Source: Flavobacteriaceae bacterium
Lineage (GTDB): Bacteria; Bacteroidota; Bacteroidia; Flavobacteriales; Flavobacteriaceae
Length of the DNA: 64,000 bases
Assembly: GCA_947446865.1 (NCBI GenBank)
Contig: CANFHX010000004.1
Location: 5,901-69,900, forward strand
Direction: 5' to 3'
Part shown: positions 46,313-54,633 of the stretch, piece after piece
How positions within the stretch are numbered: position 1 is the stretch's first letter
Layout: each line of letters opens with the position of its first letter
Position numbers and translations under genes: made by a program
The notes under the pieces: model-generated
Databases searched by the model: none
Told to the model about the DNA's origin: nothing
Seen by the model: only the letters and a program-made list of their open reading frames with translations

Positions 46313-48433
46313 TTAAAACATATTTTCATTGGTAGTCTCTTGTTGGTTTTTGTAATAATTATAGGTTTCTTGCTGTGCTCTAAAAACCGGTTCATTTTCT
46401 TTTCGAATACGGTATTTATTGTCTAATTTTTCCGAATGGTAACGTGCTTTTACATTTCCTTTCCAACCAACTTCAAAAGAGTCAATCAATTGTTTTTTGA
46501 TGTCTTCTTGATAAATTGGGCAAGTTACCTCCACCCTTCCATCCAAATTTCTAGTCATAAAATCGGCAGAAGAAATAAAAACATCAGGATTATTATCATT
46601 ACAAAAAATGAATACACGAGAATGTTCTAGAAAATTATCAACTATGCTAATAGCTTCAATATTTTCACTCATACCCTTTATACCAGGGATTAAAGAACAG
46701 ATACCACGAATTTGTAATTTCATTTTCACTCCAGCATTACTAGCTTCGTAAAGTTTGTCTATCATTGCAAAATCAGACAAGCTATTCATTTTCAAATTAA
46801 TATACGCTGGCCTTCCTGCCATGGCATTGTGAATTTCTCTATCAATAAGTTTATAGAATTTAGAACGGGAATAGTGTGGCGAAACTATTAAATGTTTGTA
46901 TCGGTGCAAACGGTAGTTTATATCAAAAAAGTCGAAAATCTTAGTAACGTCTTTTAAAATTTGCGAATGGCTAGTAAATAAAGTAACATCGGTATATACT
47001 TTGGCTGTAGACTCATTAAAGTTTCCAGTAGAGATTAACCCATAACGTTTTATTTTTTTATCTTCAAATCTTTCTATTACACATATTTTACTGTGCACCT
47101 TAAGACCTTTAATGCCAAAGATAAGTTCAATACCTTCTTGTTGCATTTGTTCAGCATATGAAATATTATTAGCCTCATCAAAACGGGCTTGTAGCTCAAT
47201 TTGAACCACCACACGTTTTCCATTCTTTGCTGCGTTTATTAGGGAACTAATGATTTGAGAGTTTTTTGCTAGTCGATACAATGTAATTTTAATTGAACTT
47301 ACTTTTGGATCTAGAGCAGCTTCTCTCAAAAACTTTATTACATATGAATAGGATTGATATGGAGCAAAAATCAGAAAATCTTTTTGGGCAATTCGTTGTA
47401 AAATACTTCCCTCAAAAGTTAAACCAACCACTTCTAATGGTTTTTTTTGTTGGTACAATAAATCAAATCTTCCTAAGTTAGGAAAATCCATATAATCGCG
47501 ACGGTTGTGGTAGCGACCACCTGGAATGATACTATCGGTAGATTCGATTTTCATTCGATTTAAGAAAAATGCTAAAGTATCTTTTTCAATAGTTTCATCA
47601 TAAATAAAACGAACAGGTTCGCCAATTCGTCGTTCTTTTACTGAAGTTGCAATCTTTTGCATCATGCTCTTACGCATATCACTATCAATGTCTAATTGGG
47701 CATCGCGAGTAATTTTTATCATATGAGCCGAAATACTTTCGTAATCAAAAATATTGAAAATATTGGTTAAATTATAACGAATAACATCGTCCAATAACAT
47801 AATATATTTCTTTTCTCCAATAGTTGGTAATACAACAATTCTATTAATGTTTTTAGGGATTTCAATAATGGCATAACGAACCTCTTTCTTCGGTTTAACA
47901 AAACCTAGAACTTTTGATTTTTCATTGGTGTTCATAACCAATTTTATAGCCAAATATCCTGCAGTATCTTTTAACAAAGGAAATTCTGCTAAATCATTTA
48001 AGATAATGGTAACTAGTTCAGGGCTTACTTTTTCAATGAATAAATCATGAACGAAGTCTTGATGTTCTTGACATAACTGATTTTCATTTACAATAATAAT
48101 ATTTTCTTTTTCTAATTGTTTTTCGATAATACTAAGTATTCGCAAACTTTCAGATTGTTGTTTTATAACAATTGCGGTTATATCTTTTACCAATTGTTGA
48201 GCTGTTATACCTCCTAAGATTTTCTCGCCCGTTTCACCAGATAAACTTAATCGTCGAATTGCAGCAAAACGTACTCTAAAAAATTCATCTAAATTATTTG
48301 AGAAAATACCTAAAAAACGAAGCCTGTCCAATAAAGGAACTGATTCGTCAGCAGCTTCTTGTAATACTCTAGCATTAAACGCTAGCCAACTTTTATCTCG
48401 ATCAATATATCTATAATTGGTTCCTGTATTCAT
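46313..48433 (-). CDS. ppk1: Polyphosphate kinase 1
   Basis: SWLAFNARVL, NLDEFFRVR, IKITLYR, ARFDE, KVHSK, FLEHSR, DFMTRNL. Start moved to ATG 48433. Confidence 0.96.
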   Translation of the reverse strand: MNTGTNYRYIDRDKSWLAFNARVLQEAADESVPLLDRLRFLGIFSNNLDEFFRVRFAAIRRLSLSGETGEKILGGITAQQLVKDITAIVIKQQSESLRILSIIEKQLEKENIIIVNENQLCQEHQDFVHDLFIEKVSPELVTIILNDLAEFPLLKDTAGYLAIKLVMNTNEKSKVLGFVKPKKEVRYAIIEIPKNINRIVVLPTIGEKKYIMLLDDVIRYNLTNIFNIFDYESISAHMIKITRDAQLDIDSDMRKSMMQKIATSVKERRIGEPVRFIYDETIEKDTLAFFLNRMKIESTDSIIPGGRYHNRRDYMDFPNLGRFDLLYQQKKPLEVVGLTFEGSILQRIAQKDFLIFAPYQSYSYVIKFLREAALDPKVSSIKITLYRLAKNSQIISSLINAAKNGKRVVVQIELQARFDEANNISYAEQMQQEGIELIFGIKGLKVHSKICVIERFEDKKIKRYGLISTGNFNESTAKVYTDVTLFTSHSQILKDVTKIFDFFDINYRLHRYKHLIVSPHYSRSKFYKLIDREIHNAMAGRPAYINLKMNSLSDFAMIDKLYEASNAGVKMKLQIRGICSLIPGIKGMSENIEAISIVDNFLEHSRVFIFCNDNNPDVFISSADFMTRNLDGRVEVTCPIYQEDIKKQLIDSFEVGWKGNVKARYHSEKLDNKYRIRKENEPVFRAQQETYNYYKNQQETTNENMF

Positions 48434-48435
48434 AT

Positions 48436-48918
48436 CTAATTCTCGCTTGGAAATATAATTTTTTGAGTTGTTCCTTTTGTAATTGTAGCCCAACTAGTAG
48501 TATCAAAATTTATAGATACAAATCCAGATGTTGGTACGTTAGTCACAAATTTATTTCCAAATTTATTAACAAAATCTGTAATAGCACTATTATGACCAAA
48601 AAGAATTAAGTTTTCACATTGATTTGGGCACGATTTAACAATTTCTTCAAGTTGAAGACAATCAAAGGTGTATAAATCGTCATTAACTACTATATTTTTT
48701 GGTTCTAAATTCCAGACGTTAAGAAATATTTCAGCGGTAAGTTGGGTTCTTTGAGCACTACTGCACCAAATTATTGCAGAAGAATTAATGTAATTAATCG
48801 CATTATTGGCAACCTTAATTGACTTTTTTATTCCGCTATTAGTTATAGTTCGTTCTTTGTCTGGAAGAGGTAAATCCCAGTTAGATTTTGCATGTCGGAT
48901 TAGGATAATGTTTTTCAT
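48436..48918 (-). CDS. sixA: SixA-family histidine phosphatase
   Basis: LIRHAKS, SSAQRTQLT, LFGHN. Confidence 0.85.
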   Translation of the reverse strand: MKNIILIRHAKSNWDLPLPDKERTITNSGIKKSIKVANNAINYINSSAIIWCSSAQRTQLTAEIFLNVWNLEPKNIVVNDDLYTFDCLQLEEIVKSCPNQCENLILFGHNSAITDFVNKFGNKFVTNVPTSGFVSINFDTTSWATITKGTTQKIIFPSEN

Positions 48919-49054
48919 TATTTAAAATTAAGAAATGGAAAATGGGACCAATTTCATATTAAAAAGACTCGTATCACACAAATATACTCGAAATTATTGT
49001 CCTACAATTGGTTTAAAAAAAATAATTTCTGGAGAAATACAATTTTAAACAAAC

Positions 49055-49084
49055 AAAAAAGTCTCCTGAAAAAACAGGAGACTT
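49055..49084 (-). terminator. Terminator of the CAP gene
   Basis: aagtctcctg-aaaaaa-caggagactt with an upstream A run. Confidence 0.85.
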
Positions 49085-49119
49085 AACAACATTGAAAAAA
49101 CTATTTAGGGCAAAAAAGT

Positions 49120-49617
49120 TTATTTTTTAATGAACATATTCGTATAATATTTTTTTCCAGTTGAAGGACTTACCGTAATTGAAAGTCCAAAGTGAGTATA
49201 ATCGCTATCTAAATTAGCTTTATGCCCGGGACTATTTTTCCAAGCATTTAATACCGTAGTGGGACAGGAAAAGTTATATGCTAAATTTTCTCCAACTTTA
49301 AATGCTCCTAAAACATCCATTAAATTTTGGGATCTCTCATTAAATAGATCATGAGTTAAAGCATTATTAGTAATCATATAATTATTGTGTTCTAATGATT
49401 TATACGAAATATGATTAATGATTTGAAATTCTGGCATTCCTTGACTAACCCTATAATCATTAATCATTTGCATTAATTGGGTCTCTTCTGGAGAATAATC
49501 AAATTTAGTAACAATAGTCATGTCGACCACTGCTTCATCTTTAGAACTTTTAGAACACGAACTCATTGCAAATACCAATACCATTGGCATAAACAGATTT
49601 AGTAATTTTAGTTTCAT
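49120..49617 (-). CDS. CAP/SCP-domain lipoprotein
   Basis: INDYR, H..YM, GENLAY, WKNSPGHKANL, lipobox MSSC. Confidence 0.9.
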   Translation of the reverse strand: MKLKLLNLFMPMVLVFAMSSCSKSSKDEAVVDMTIVTKFDYSPEETQLMQMINDYRVSQGMPEFQIINHISYKSLEHNNYMITNNALTHDLFNERSQNLMDVLGAFKVGENLAYNFSCPTTVLNAWKNSPGHKANLDSDYTHFGLSITVSPSTGKKYYTNMFIKK

Positions 49618-49717
49618 AATAAAATAGGTTAAGTTTGAAGGCAGATGTGGGGCAACTATCTTCGGGTTAGAAATGTAAGAACGTAAATCGTAATTTGATT
49701 CTTCAAAACTAAAACAT

Positions 49718-49748
49718 AACCGATAAAATACAAAATAAAACCGATGAA
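49718..49748 (-). promoter_or_regulatory. Candidate LytTR-type direct repeat upstream of the CAP gene
   Basis: aaccgataa and aaccgatga at 21-bp spacing, just upstream of -7 TAGTTTTG (49711-49704). Confidence 0.45.
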
Positions 49749-49788
49749 CTACATCTTTTTCACAAAAAGCTATGTAATTTTCCTACAT

Positions 49789-50433
49789 TTATGGAGAGAG
49801 TCTGTCTATTTTCCAACTGAAGTCCGATTGCAGTTGGTAGCGAATTCTGTCGTGCAATCTATTTGCTCGACCTTGCCAAAATTCTACTTCTTGCGGACGA
49901 ACTAAATACCCACCCCAATTCTTTGGGCGAATAATTTCAAGACCTTGATACTCTTGTTCTAGAAGTATTAAATTGGTTTCAAGGTATTCTCTATTAGGGA
50001 TAATCTCACTTTGTGGGGAAACAATTGCACCCAATTTACTTCCATCAGGTCGGGAAGCAAAATAATTATCGGAAATAACCTCTGGAGTTTTCTCGGCTAT
50101 TCCTTTTATGATAACTTGTCGTTCTAGGCTTGTCCAAAAAAAAGAAAGGCAAATGTGAGGGTTATTTTCTATTGCTTTTCCTTTTTCGGAATTGTAATTG
50201 GTATAAAAAATAAAACCTTCTTCGTTGAATTTCTTGAGTAATACCACTCGCGATTTAGGAAAACCATCCAAACCTATAGTTGCTACGGTCATGGCGTTAA
50301 CCTCATCTACTCCACCAAAATCTTCGGTTTCATGAAACCATCTATTAAATAAATTAATAGGATCTTCGGGAATATTGTTTTCTAGAAGTTCGCTTTTTTC
50401 GTAGGATTTTCTGTAATTACTTAGGTCTTTCAT
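49789..50433 (-). CDS. pdxH: Pyridoxamine 5'-phosphate oxidase
   Basis: RVVLLK, FYTNYNSEKG, RQVII, EFWQGRANRLHDR. Confidence 0.96.
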   Translation of the reverse strand: MKDLSNYRKSYEKSELLENNIPEDPINLFNRWFHETEDFGGVDEVNAMTVATIGLDGFPKSRVVLLKKFNEEGFIFYTNYNSEKGKAIENNPHICLSFFWTSLERQVIIKGIAEKTPEVISDNYFASRPDGSKLGAIVSPQSEIIPNREYLETNLILLEQEYQGLEIIRPKNWGGYLVRPQEVEFWQGRANRLHDRIRYQLQSDFSWKIDRLSP

Positions 50434-50552
50434 GGGAGGATATTAAAAAGCAAAGTTCGCAAAGTTTTTGGGATAATTTTTAAAAAATTGAAATGGAATT
50501 AAAGATGGGTGTGTTTTTTATTATCCTAACGAAATTTATTTCCTTTGAAATT

Positions 50553-50657
50553 CTAATTTCACAAAAGACATAACCCGCGTAGCCCTGACAGAAGCAAGCT
50601 ACCTTGTAGCGCGGATGGCAGGAATTGCCTTTACTAAAATGCCTACTGTTTCGCTCC
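50553..50657 (-). repeat. Modular 3'-UTR repeat, copy C (minimal central hairpin)
   Basis: Minus strand GGAGCGAAACAGTAGGCATTTTAGTAAAGGCAATTCCTGCCATCCGCGCTACAAGGTAGCTTGCTTCTGTCAGGGCTACGCGGGTTATGTCTTTTGTGAAATTAG. Confidence 0.85.
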
Positions 50658-50659
50658 CA

Positions 50660-51568
50660 CTAATCTAAAGGGAATTCTTTTCCGTCTTCGGCTAGATGCA
50701 CGTTGGGGAATATGGTTTCTGCCTCATTTTTAAACATTTCAATGCTGCTGTAGCGTGTGGAATAATGGCCTAAAATTAGGTTTTTAACCTTGGCTTTGAG
50801 GGCAATAGTTGCGGCTTGCTTGGCGGTGGAGTGCATGGTTTTTTCAGAAAGTGGTGCTTCGCTTTCTAGAAAAGTGCTTTCGTGGTAGAGGTAATCGACA
50901 TTTTGAATTATTGGAATGATACTCTCGTCGTACTTAGTATCGCTGCAATAGGCATAGGTTTTTACCGGCAGTGGCGGGAAAGACAACTCGGAATTGGGGA
51001 TCACGGTACCGTTGTCGAGGGTAACATCGCCACCAAATTTTATTTTGTTGAAGTATACTTTATCGATGTTGTAATTTTCGATAGTTTCGATATTGAGTTT
51101 ACGTTCTATGTTTTTTTCTTGGAAAAGAAATCCGTTGGTATAGATGCGATGGCTTAATGGGATGGTCTTTACGATTACTTTTTCGTCTTCAAAAACCGTC
51201 ACCGATTCGGTGGATTCTAGTTCGTGGAAATAGAGGTTGTATCCGGTGTAAGAGCCTGAAGCCTTTAATTGCAAAAGGATGATTTCTTTGATACCTTTTG
51301 GGCCGTGAACGTGCAAATCGTTTTCGCGATTGAGCAACATGAAGGTAGAAATTAACCCAATCAATCCGTAAAAATGATCGCCATGAAGATGGGAAATGAA
51401 AATGTGGTTGATCTTGGAAAACTTGATTTTGCTTTTGCGCAATTGCACTTGGGTTCCTTCGGCACAATCAATTAAGAACACTCTGTTTTTTATTTCTAAA
51501 ATTTGGGAGGTTGGGTTGGAGAAGGTTCTGGGTGTTGCGGCATAGCAGCCAAGTATGGTTAGTTTCAA
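50660..51568 (-). CDS. rnz: Ribonuclease Z
   Basis: LTILGC, LIDCAEGTQ, ISHLHGDH, YCSDT, HESTF, MHST, LGHYSTRY. TTG start. Confidence 0.95.
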   Translation of the reverse strand: MKLTILGCYAATPRTFSNPTSQILEIKNRVFLIDCAEGTQVQLRKSKIKFSKINHIFISHLHGDHFYGLIGLISTFMLLNRENDLHVHGPKGIKEIILLQLKASGSYTGYNLYFHELESTESVTVFEDEKVIVKTIPLSHRIYTNGFLFQEKNIERKLNIETIENYNIDKVYFNKIKFGGDVTLDNGTVIPNSELSFPPLPVKTYAYCSDTKYDESIIPIIQNVDYLYHESTFLESEAPLSEKTMHSTAKQAATIALKAKVKNLILGHYSTRYSSIEMFKNEAETIFPNVHLAEDGKEFPLD

Positions 51569-51571
51569 GTT

Positions 51572-51733
51572 TTATTTTTGTTTTTTGGACAAACTATACA
51601 TTCCAAATGCCAAGAATATATTAGAAAATATATTAAATAAATTATAGTTATTTCTTGTATATCCTAAATAGAGATTAACAAATAACAAAATAATATTTAA
51701 GGCCGTCAAAATGTAAAATATTCTTTTATCCAT
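51572..51733 (-). CDS. Unannotated 53-aa two-TM membrane protein
   Basis: Manual translation MDKRIFYILTALNIILLFVNLYLGYTRNNYNLFNIFSNIFLAFGMYSLSKKQK. Fills the gap with 6-nt and 3-nt spacers. Below the ORF-track cutoff. Confidence 0.7.
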   Translation of the reverse strand: MDKRIFYILTALNIILLFVNLYLGYTRNNYNLFNIFSNIFLAFGMYSLSKKQK

Positions 51734-51739
51734 ATAAAT

Positions 51740-51943
51740 TTATTCGGTTTTATCGTTTTCAATTTTACCCAATCGAACTACTTGAAAGGCAACATAAATT
51801 AAGATTACACTGTTTACAGCAATCTTTAAATAATCGAATTCTTGGGTTTTAACTTCTTTAAATACGCGACTTGCCAGCAAATAAGCCAAGACGAATAAAA
51901 AGACTACGTAGATGTAAAGCAATGCTTTGTTATTTATTTTCAT
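51740..51943 (-). CDS. 67-aa two-TM membrane protein
   Basis: Two hydrophobic helices, tight operon spacing. Confidence 0.75.
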   Translation of the reverse strand: MKINNKALLYIYVVFLFVLAYLLASRVFKEVKTQEFDYLKIAVNSVILIYVAFQVVRLGKIENDKTE

Positions 51944-51952
51944 GGGGTGGTT

Positions 51953-52285
51953 TTAAAATCCTAAATCGCGTTCTATTTCTTCCATTTCGATAATGTCGTG
52001 GGCTTCTTGAATGGATGGAACGACTGTTAATTGGGTTGGAATGGCATTAAAATCAATATCGGAAGCCACTAAAACAAAGGATTTTTTTCCCTTGCAATGT
52101 GCTTTCGATAAATCGGAGAATAATTTAATATCTTTTAATTCCACATTTTTATCGTGGGTAACATCTAGAATTAAATTTTGATTTTTAAAAGTAGCATGTT
52201 GTTGGGTAAGTTTCTCCAAGAGATTTTGAATGTTTCCTTGGGTATCTTTAATGATGGTGGTATGGCCTTTTTGTTCTACTTTCAT
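51953..52285 (-). CDS. Conserved hypothetical protein, 110 aa (possibly STAS-like alpha/beta fold)
   Basis: NLILDV, SFVLV, VVPSIQEAHDIIEMEEIERDLGF C-terminus. No MBL motif. Confidence 0.75.
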   Translation of the reverse strand: MKVEQKGHTTIIKDTQGNIQNLLEKLTQQHATFKNQNLILDVTHDKNVELKDIKLFSDLSKAHCKGKKSFVLVASDIDFNAIPTQLTVVPSIQEAHDIIEMEEIERDLGF

Positions 52286-52296
52286 TAGATAGTTCT

Positions 52297-53226
52297 TTAC
52301 TGTTTAATTTTAGAAGCCAATAAATAAATAACTGCCATTCTAATTGCTACTCCGTTTTCTACTTGGTCTAAAATCACCGATTGTTGGGAATCGGCAACAT
52401 CGGAAGTGATTTCAACCCCACGATTGATTGGCCCTGGGTGCATGATAATGATTTCTTTATTTAAGGAATCTAATAAGGCTTTATCTACGCCATATTGCTG
52501 GGCGTATTCTCTGGTGGAAGGAAAATAATTAACATCCATTCGTTCGTTTTGCACGCGAAGCATATTGGCAACATCGCACCATTCTAGCGCTTTTCTTAAA
52601 TTGGGTTCTACCGTAACTCCGAGGCTTTCAATATACTTCGGAATTAAAGTCTTAGGTCCGCATACTTTTACTTCGGCACCTTGCATTTGCAAAGCATAAA
52701 TATTAGAAAGTGCTACACGGGAATGCAACACATCGCCAACAATTACCACTTTTTTACCTGCCACTTCGCCTAATTTTTCTCGGATTGAAAAACTATCTAA
52801 TAAAGCCTGGGTTGGATGTTCGTGAGCACCATCTCCAGCATTGACAATACTTGCTTTTACATTTTGAGATAGAAAATAAGCCGCACCAGGATTGGCATGT
52901 CGCATCACTACCATATCGACTTTCATCGAAAGAATATTGTTCACAGTATCAATAAGGGTTTCCCCTTTTTTAACCGAGGATTGTGCTGCAGAAAAACTAA
53001 TAACATCTGCCGAAAGTCTTTTTTGAGCCAACTCAAAAGATAACTTGGTTCGGGTACTGTTTTCGAAAAAAATATTAGCAATGGTCATGTCTCTTAAAGA
53101 AGGGACTTTTTTAATTGGGCGGTTGATGACTTCTTTAAAATGATCGGCCGTTTCAAAAATCAAATCAATGTCTTCTTTAACTAGGTATTTAATTCCTAAT
53201 AAATGGTTTACACTCAGTTCTTTCAT
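52297..53226 (-). CDS. pyrB: Aspartate carbamoyltransferase catalytic subunit
   Basis: FFENSTRT, KGETL, NAGDG..EHPTQ, LRVQNER, MHPGP. Confidence 0.97.
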   Translation of the reverse strand: MKELSVNHLLGIKYLVKEDIDLIFETADHFKEVINRPIKKVPSLRDMTIANIFFENSTRTKLSFELAQKRLSADVISFSAAQSSVKKGETLIDTVNNILSMKVDMVVMRHANPGAAYFLSQNVKASIVNAGDGAHEHPTQALLDSFSIREKLGEVAGKKVVIVGDVLHSRVALSNIYALQMQGAEVKVCGPKTLIPKYIESLGVTVEPNLRKALEWCDVANMLRVQNERMDVNYFPSTREYAQQYGVDKALLDSLNKEIIIMHPGPINRGVEITSDVADSQQSVILDQVENGVAIRMAVIYLLASKIKQ

Positions 53227-53265
53227 TTATATAGTAGGTGTTGTGTTGTTGTAAATTCTAAATTC

Positions 53266-53805
53266 CTAATTCGTAATTAAATAAACTGCATCTTCTCCTT
53301 CATTTTCTAGCCAGCATACTTTTACTTTTTCACCATTGATGGCATCTACTTGACGACCTCTATAATCAGGTTGAATCGGTAAATGACGACTAAAACGTCT
53401 ATCAATTAGAGTTAAAAGTTCCACTTCGGAGGGTCTTCCAAAAGATTGAATAGCGGTTAACGCGGCATTGATACTTCTTCCGGTATACAATACATCGTCA
53501 ATAAAAACTACTTTTTTATTTTCAACTAAGAAATCTATTTGGGTTTTATTGGCTTCCAAAGGTTTGTCGCCTCTGCGGAAATCATCTCTAAAAAAAGTGA
53601 TGTCTAAAAAACCAAGAGGAATATTTTGGAGTTGGTATTCTGTTTCCAGAATGTGTTGGATACGTTGCGCTAAGAATTTACCTCGTGGTTGCAACCCAAT
53701 CAATACCGTATTCGAAAAATCAAGATGCTTCTCGATTAACTGACAGGCCAAACGATTTAAAATGATAGTAACTTCTTTGGCAGTGAGCAATATTTTTTGA
53801 CTCAT
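53266..53805 (-). CDS. pyrR: Bifunctional PyrR / uracil phosphoribosyltransferase
   Basis: LDITFFRDD, VFIDDVLYTGRS, IDRRFSRHLPIQPDY. Confidence 0.93.
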   Translation of the reverse strand: MSQKILLTAKEVTIILNRLACQLIEKHLDFSNTVLIGLQPRGKFLAQRIQHILETEYQLQNIPLGFLDITFFRDDFRRGDKPLEANKTQIDFLVENKKVVFIDDVLYTGRSINAALTAIQSFGRPSEVELLTLIDRRFSRHLPIQPDYRGRQVDAINGEKVKVCWLENEGEDAVYLITN

Positions 53806-53906
53806 AATGAAGTGCTGTTTGGAGTGTAAAAGTAAAGAAAAATATTGGAATTTAATTCAAAAAAGAAAAACTCCTACAGAATACTAATACAACAATAATT
53901 TTTTAA

Positions 53907-54029
53907 ACACGAATTGCACGAATTTTCACCAATTGTATTGCTTCTAAAAATTACACAAATTTCGCTTGCCTTTAGCAAATTCGTGGAATTATATGACTTT
54001 AAATTTGTGTAAATTCGTGCAATTCGTGT
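53907..54029. repeat. 123-bp palindromic (MITE/REP-like) element with perfect 19-bp terminal inverted repeats
   Basis: acacgaattgcacgaattt (53907) / aaattcgtgcaattcgtgt (54011-54029), plus inner IR ttacacaaattt / aaatttgtgtaa. Confidence 0.85.
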
Positions 54030-54043
54030 CTACTTTTACAGGC

Positions 54044-54631
54044 TTATTTGTTAATCCAATCTACAATTGAAGCATCCGTTGGAAGCACTTGTGGTGCAAT
54101 AACTTTTTCTAATTCTCCTTTTTCGTTGATTAAATATTTCTGAAAATTCCATTCTACTTCACTGTCTTGCAAACCATTTTTAGATTTTTGTGTTAAGAAT
54201 TTATATACTTCACACATATCGTCTCCTTTAACCGAAACCTTCTCCATCATAGGAAAAGTTACACCGTAATTAAGTTGACAAAATTGACTAATTTCTTTAC
54301 TGGTTCCTGGTTCTTGCGAAGCAAAATTATTAGCAGGAAATCCTACAATAACAAAATTCTTCCCTTTGTATTTTTCATAAATAGCCTCCAAGTCTTTGTA
54401 TTGTGGCGTTAATCCACATTTGGAAGCAGTGTTTACAATCAGTACTTTTTTCCCTTTTAAGGAAGCAAAATCAAATTCTTTTCCGCTTAAATCTTTTACT
54501 TTAAACGAATAAATAGTTTCTTTAGTCATGGTTTCTGTATTAGAAATTAATGCAACTGGAGTTTCTTGTGCTTGATTTTTACAACTCGTAAAAAAACTAA
54601 GACTTAGTAATAATAAAGTGATTTTTTTCAT
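54044..54631 (-). CDS. Glutathione peroxidase-family lipoprotein
   Basis: NTASKCGLT, GFPANNF..QEP, FC resolving Cys, WNFQKYLI, lipobox FTSC. Confidence 0.93.
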   Translation of the reverse strand: MKKITLLLLSLSFFTSCKNQAQETPVALISNTETMTKETIYSFKVKDLSGKEFDFASLKGKKVLIVNTASKCGLTPQYKDLEAIYEKYKGKNFVIVGFPANNFASQEPGTSKEISQFCQLNYGVTFPMMEKVSVKGDDMCEVYKFLTQKSKNGLQDSEVEWNFQKYLINEKGELEKVIAPQVLPTDASIVDWINK

Positions 54632-54633
54632 GA

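Noticed and set aside
51953-52285. Second ribonuclease Z
   Set aside because: Only 110 aa with no HxHxDH motif. The true rnz is at 50660-51568.
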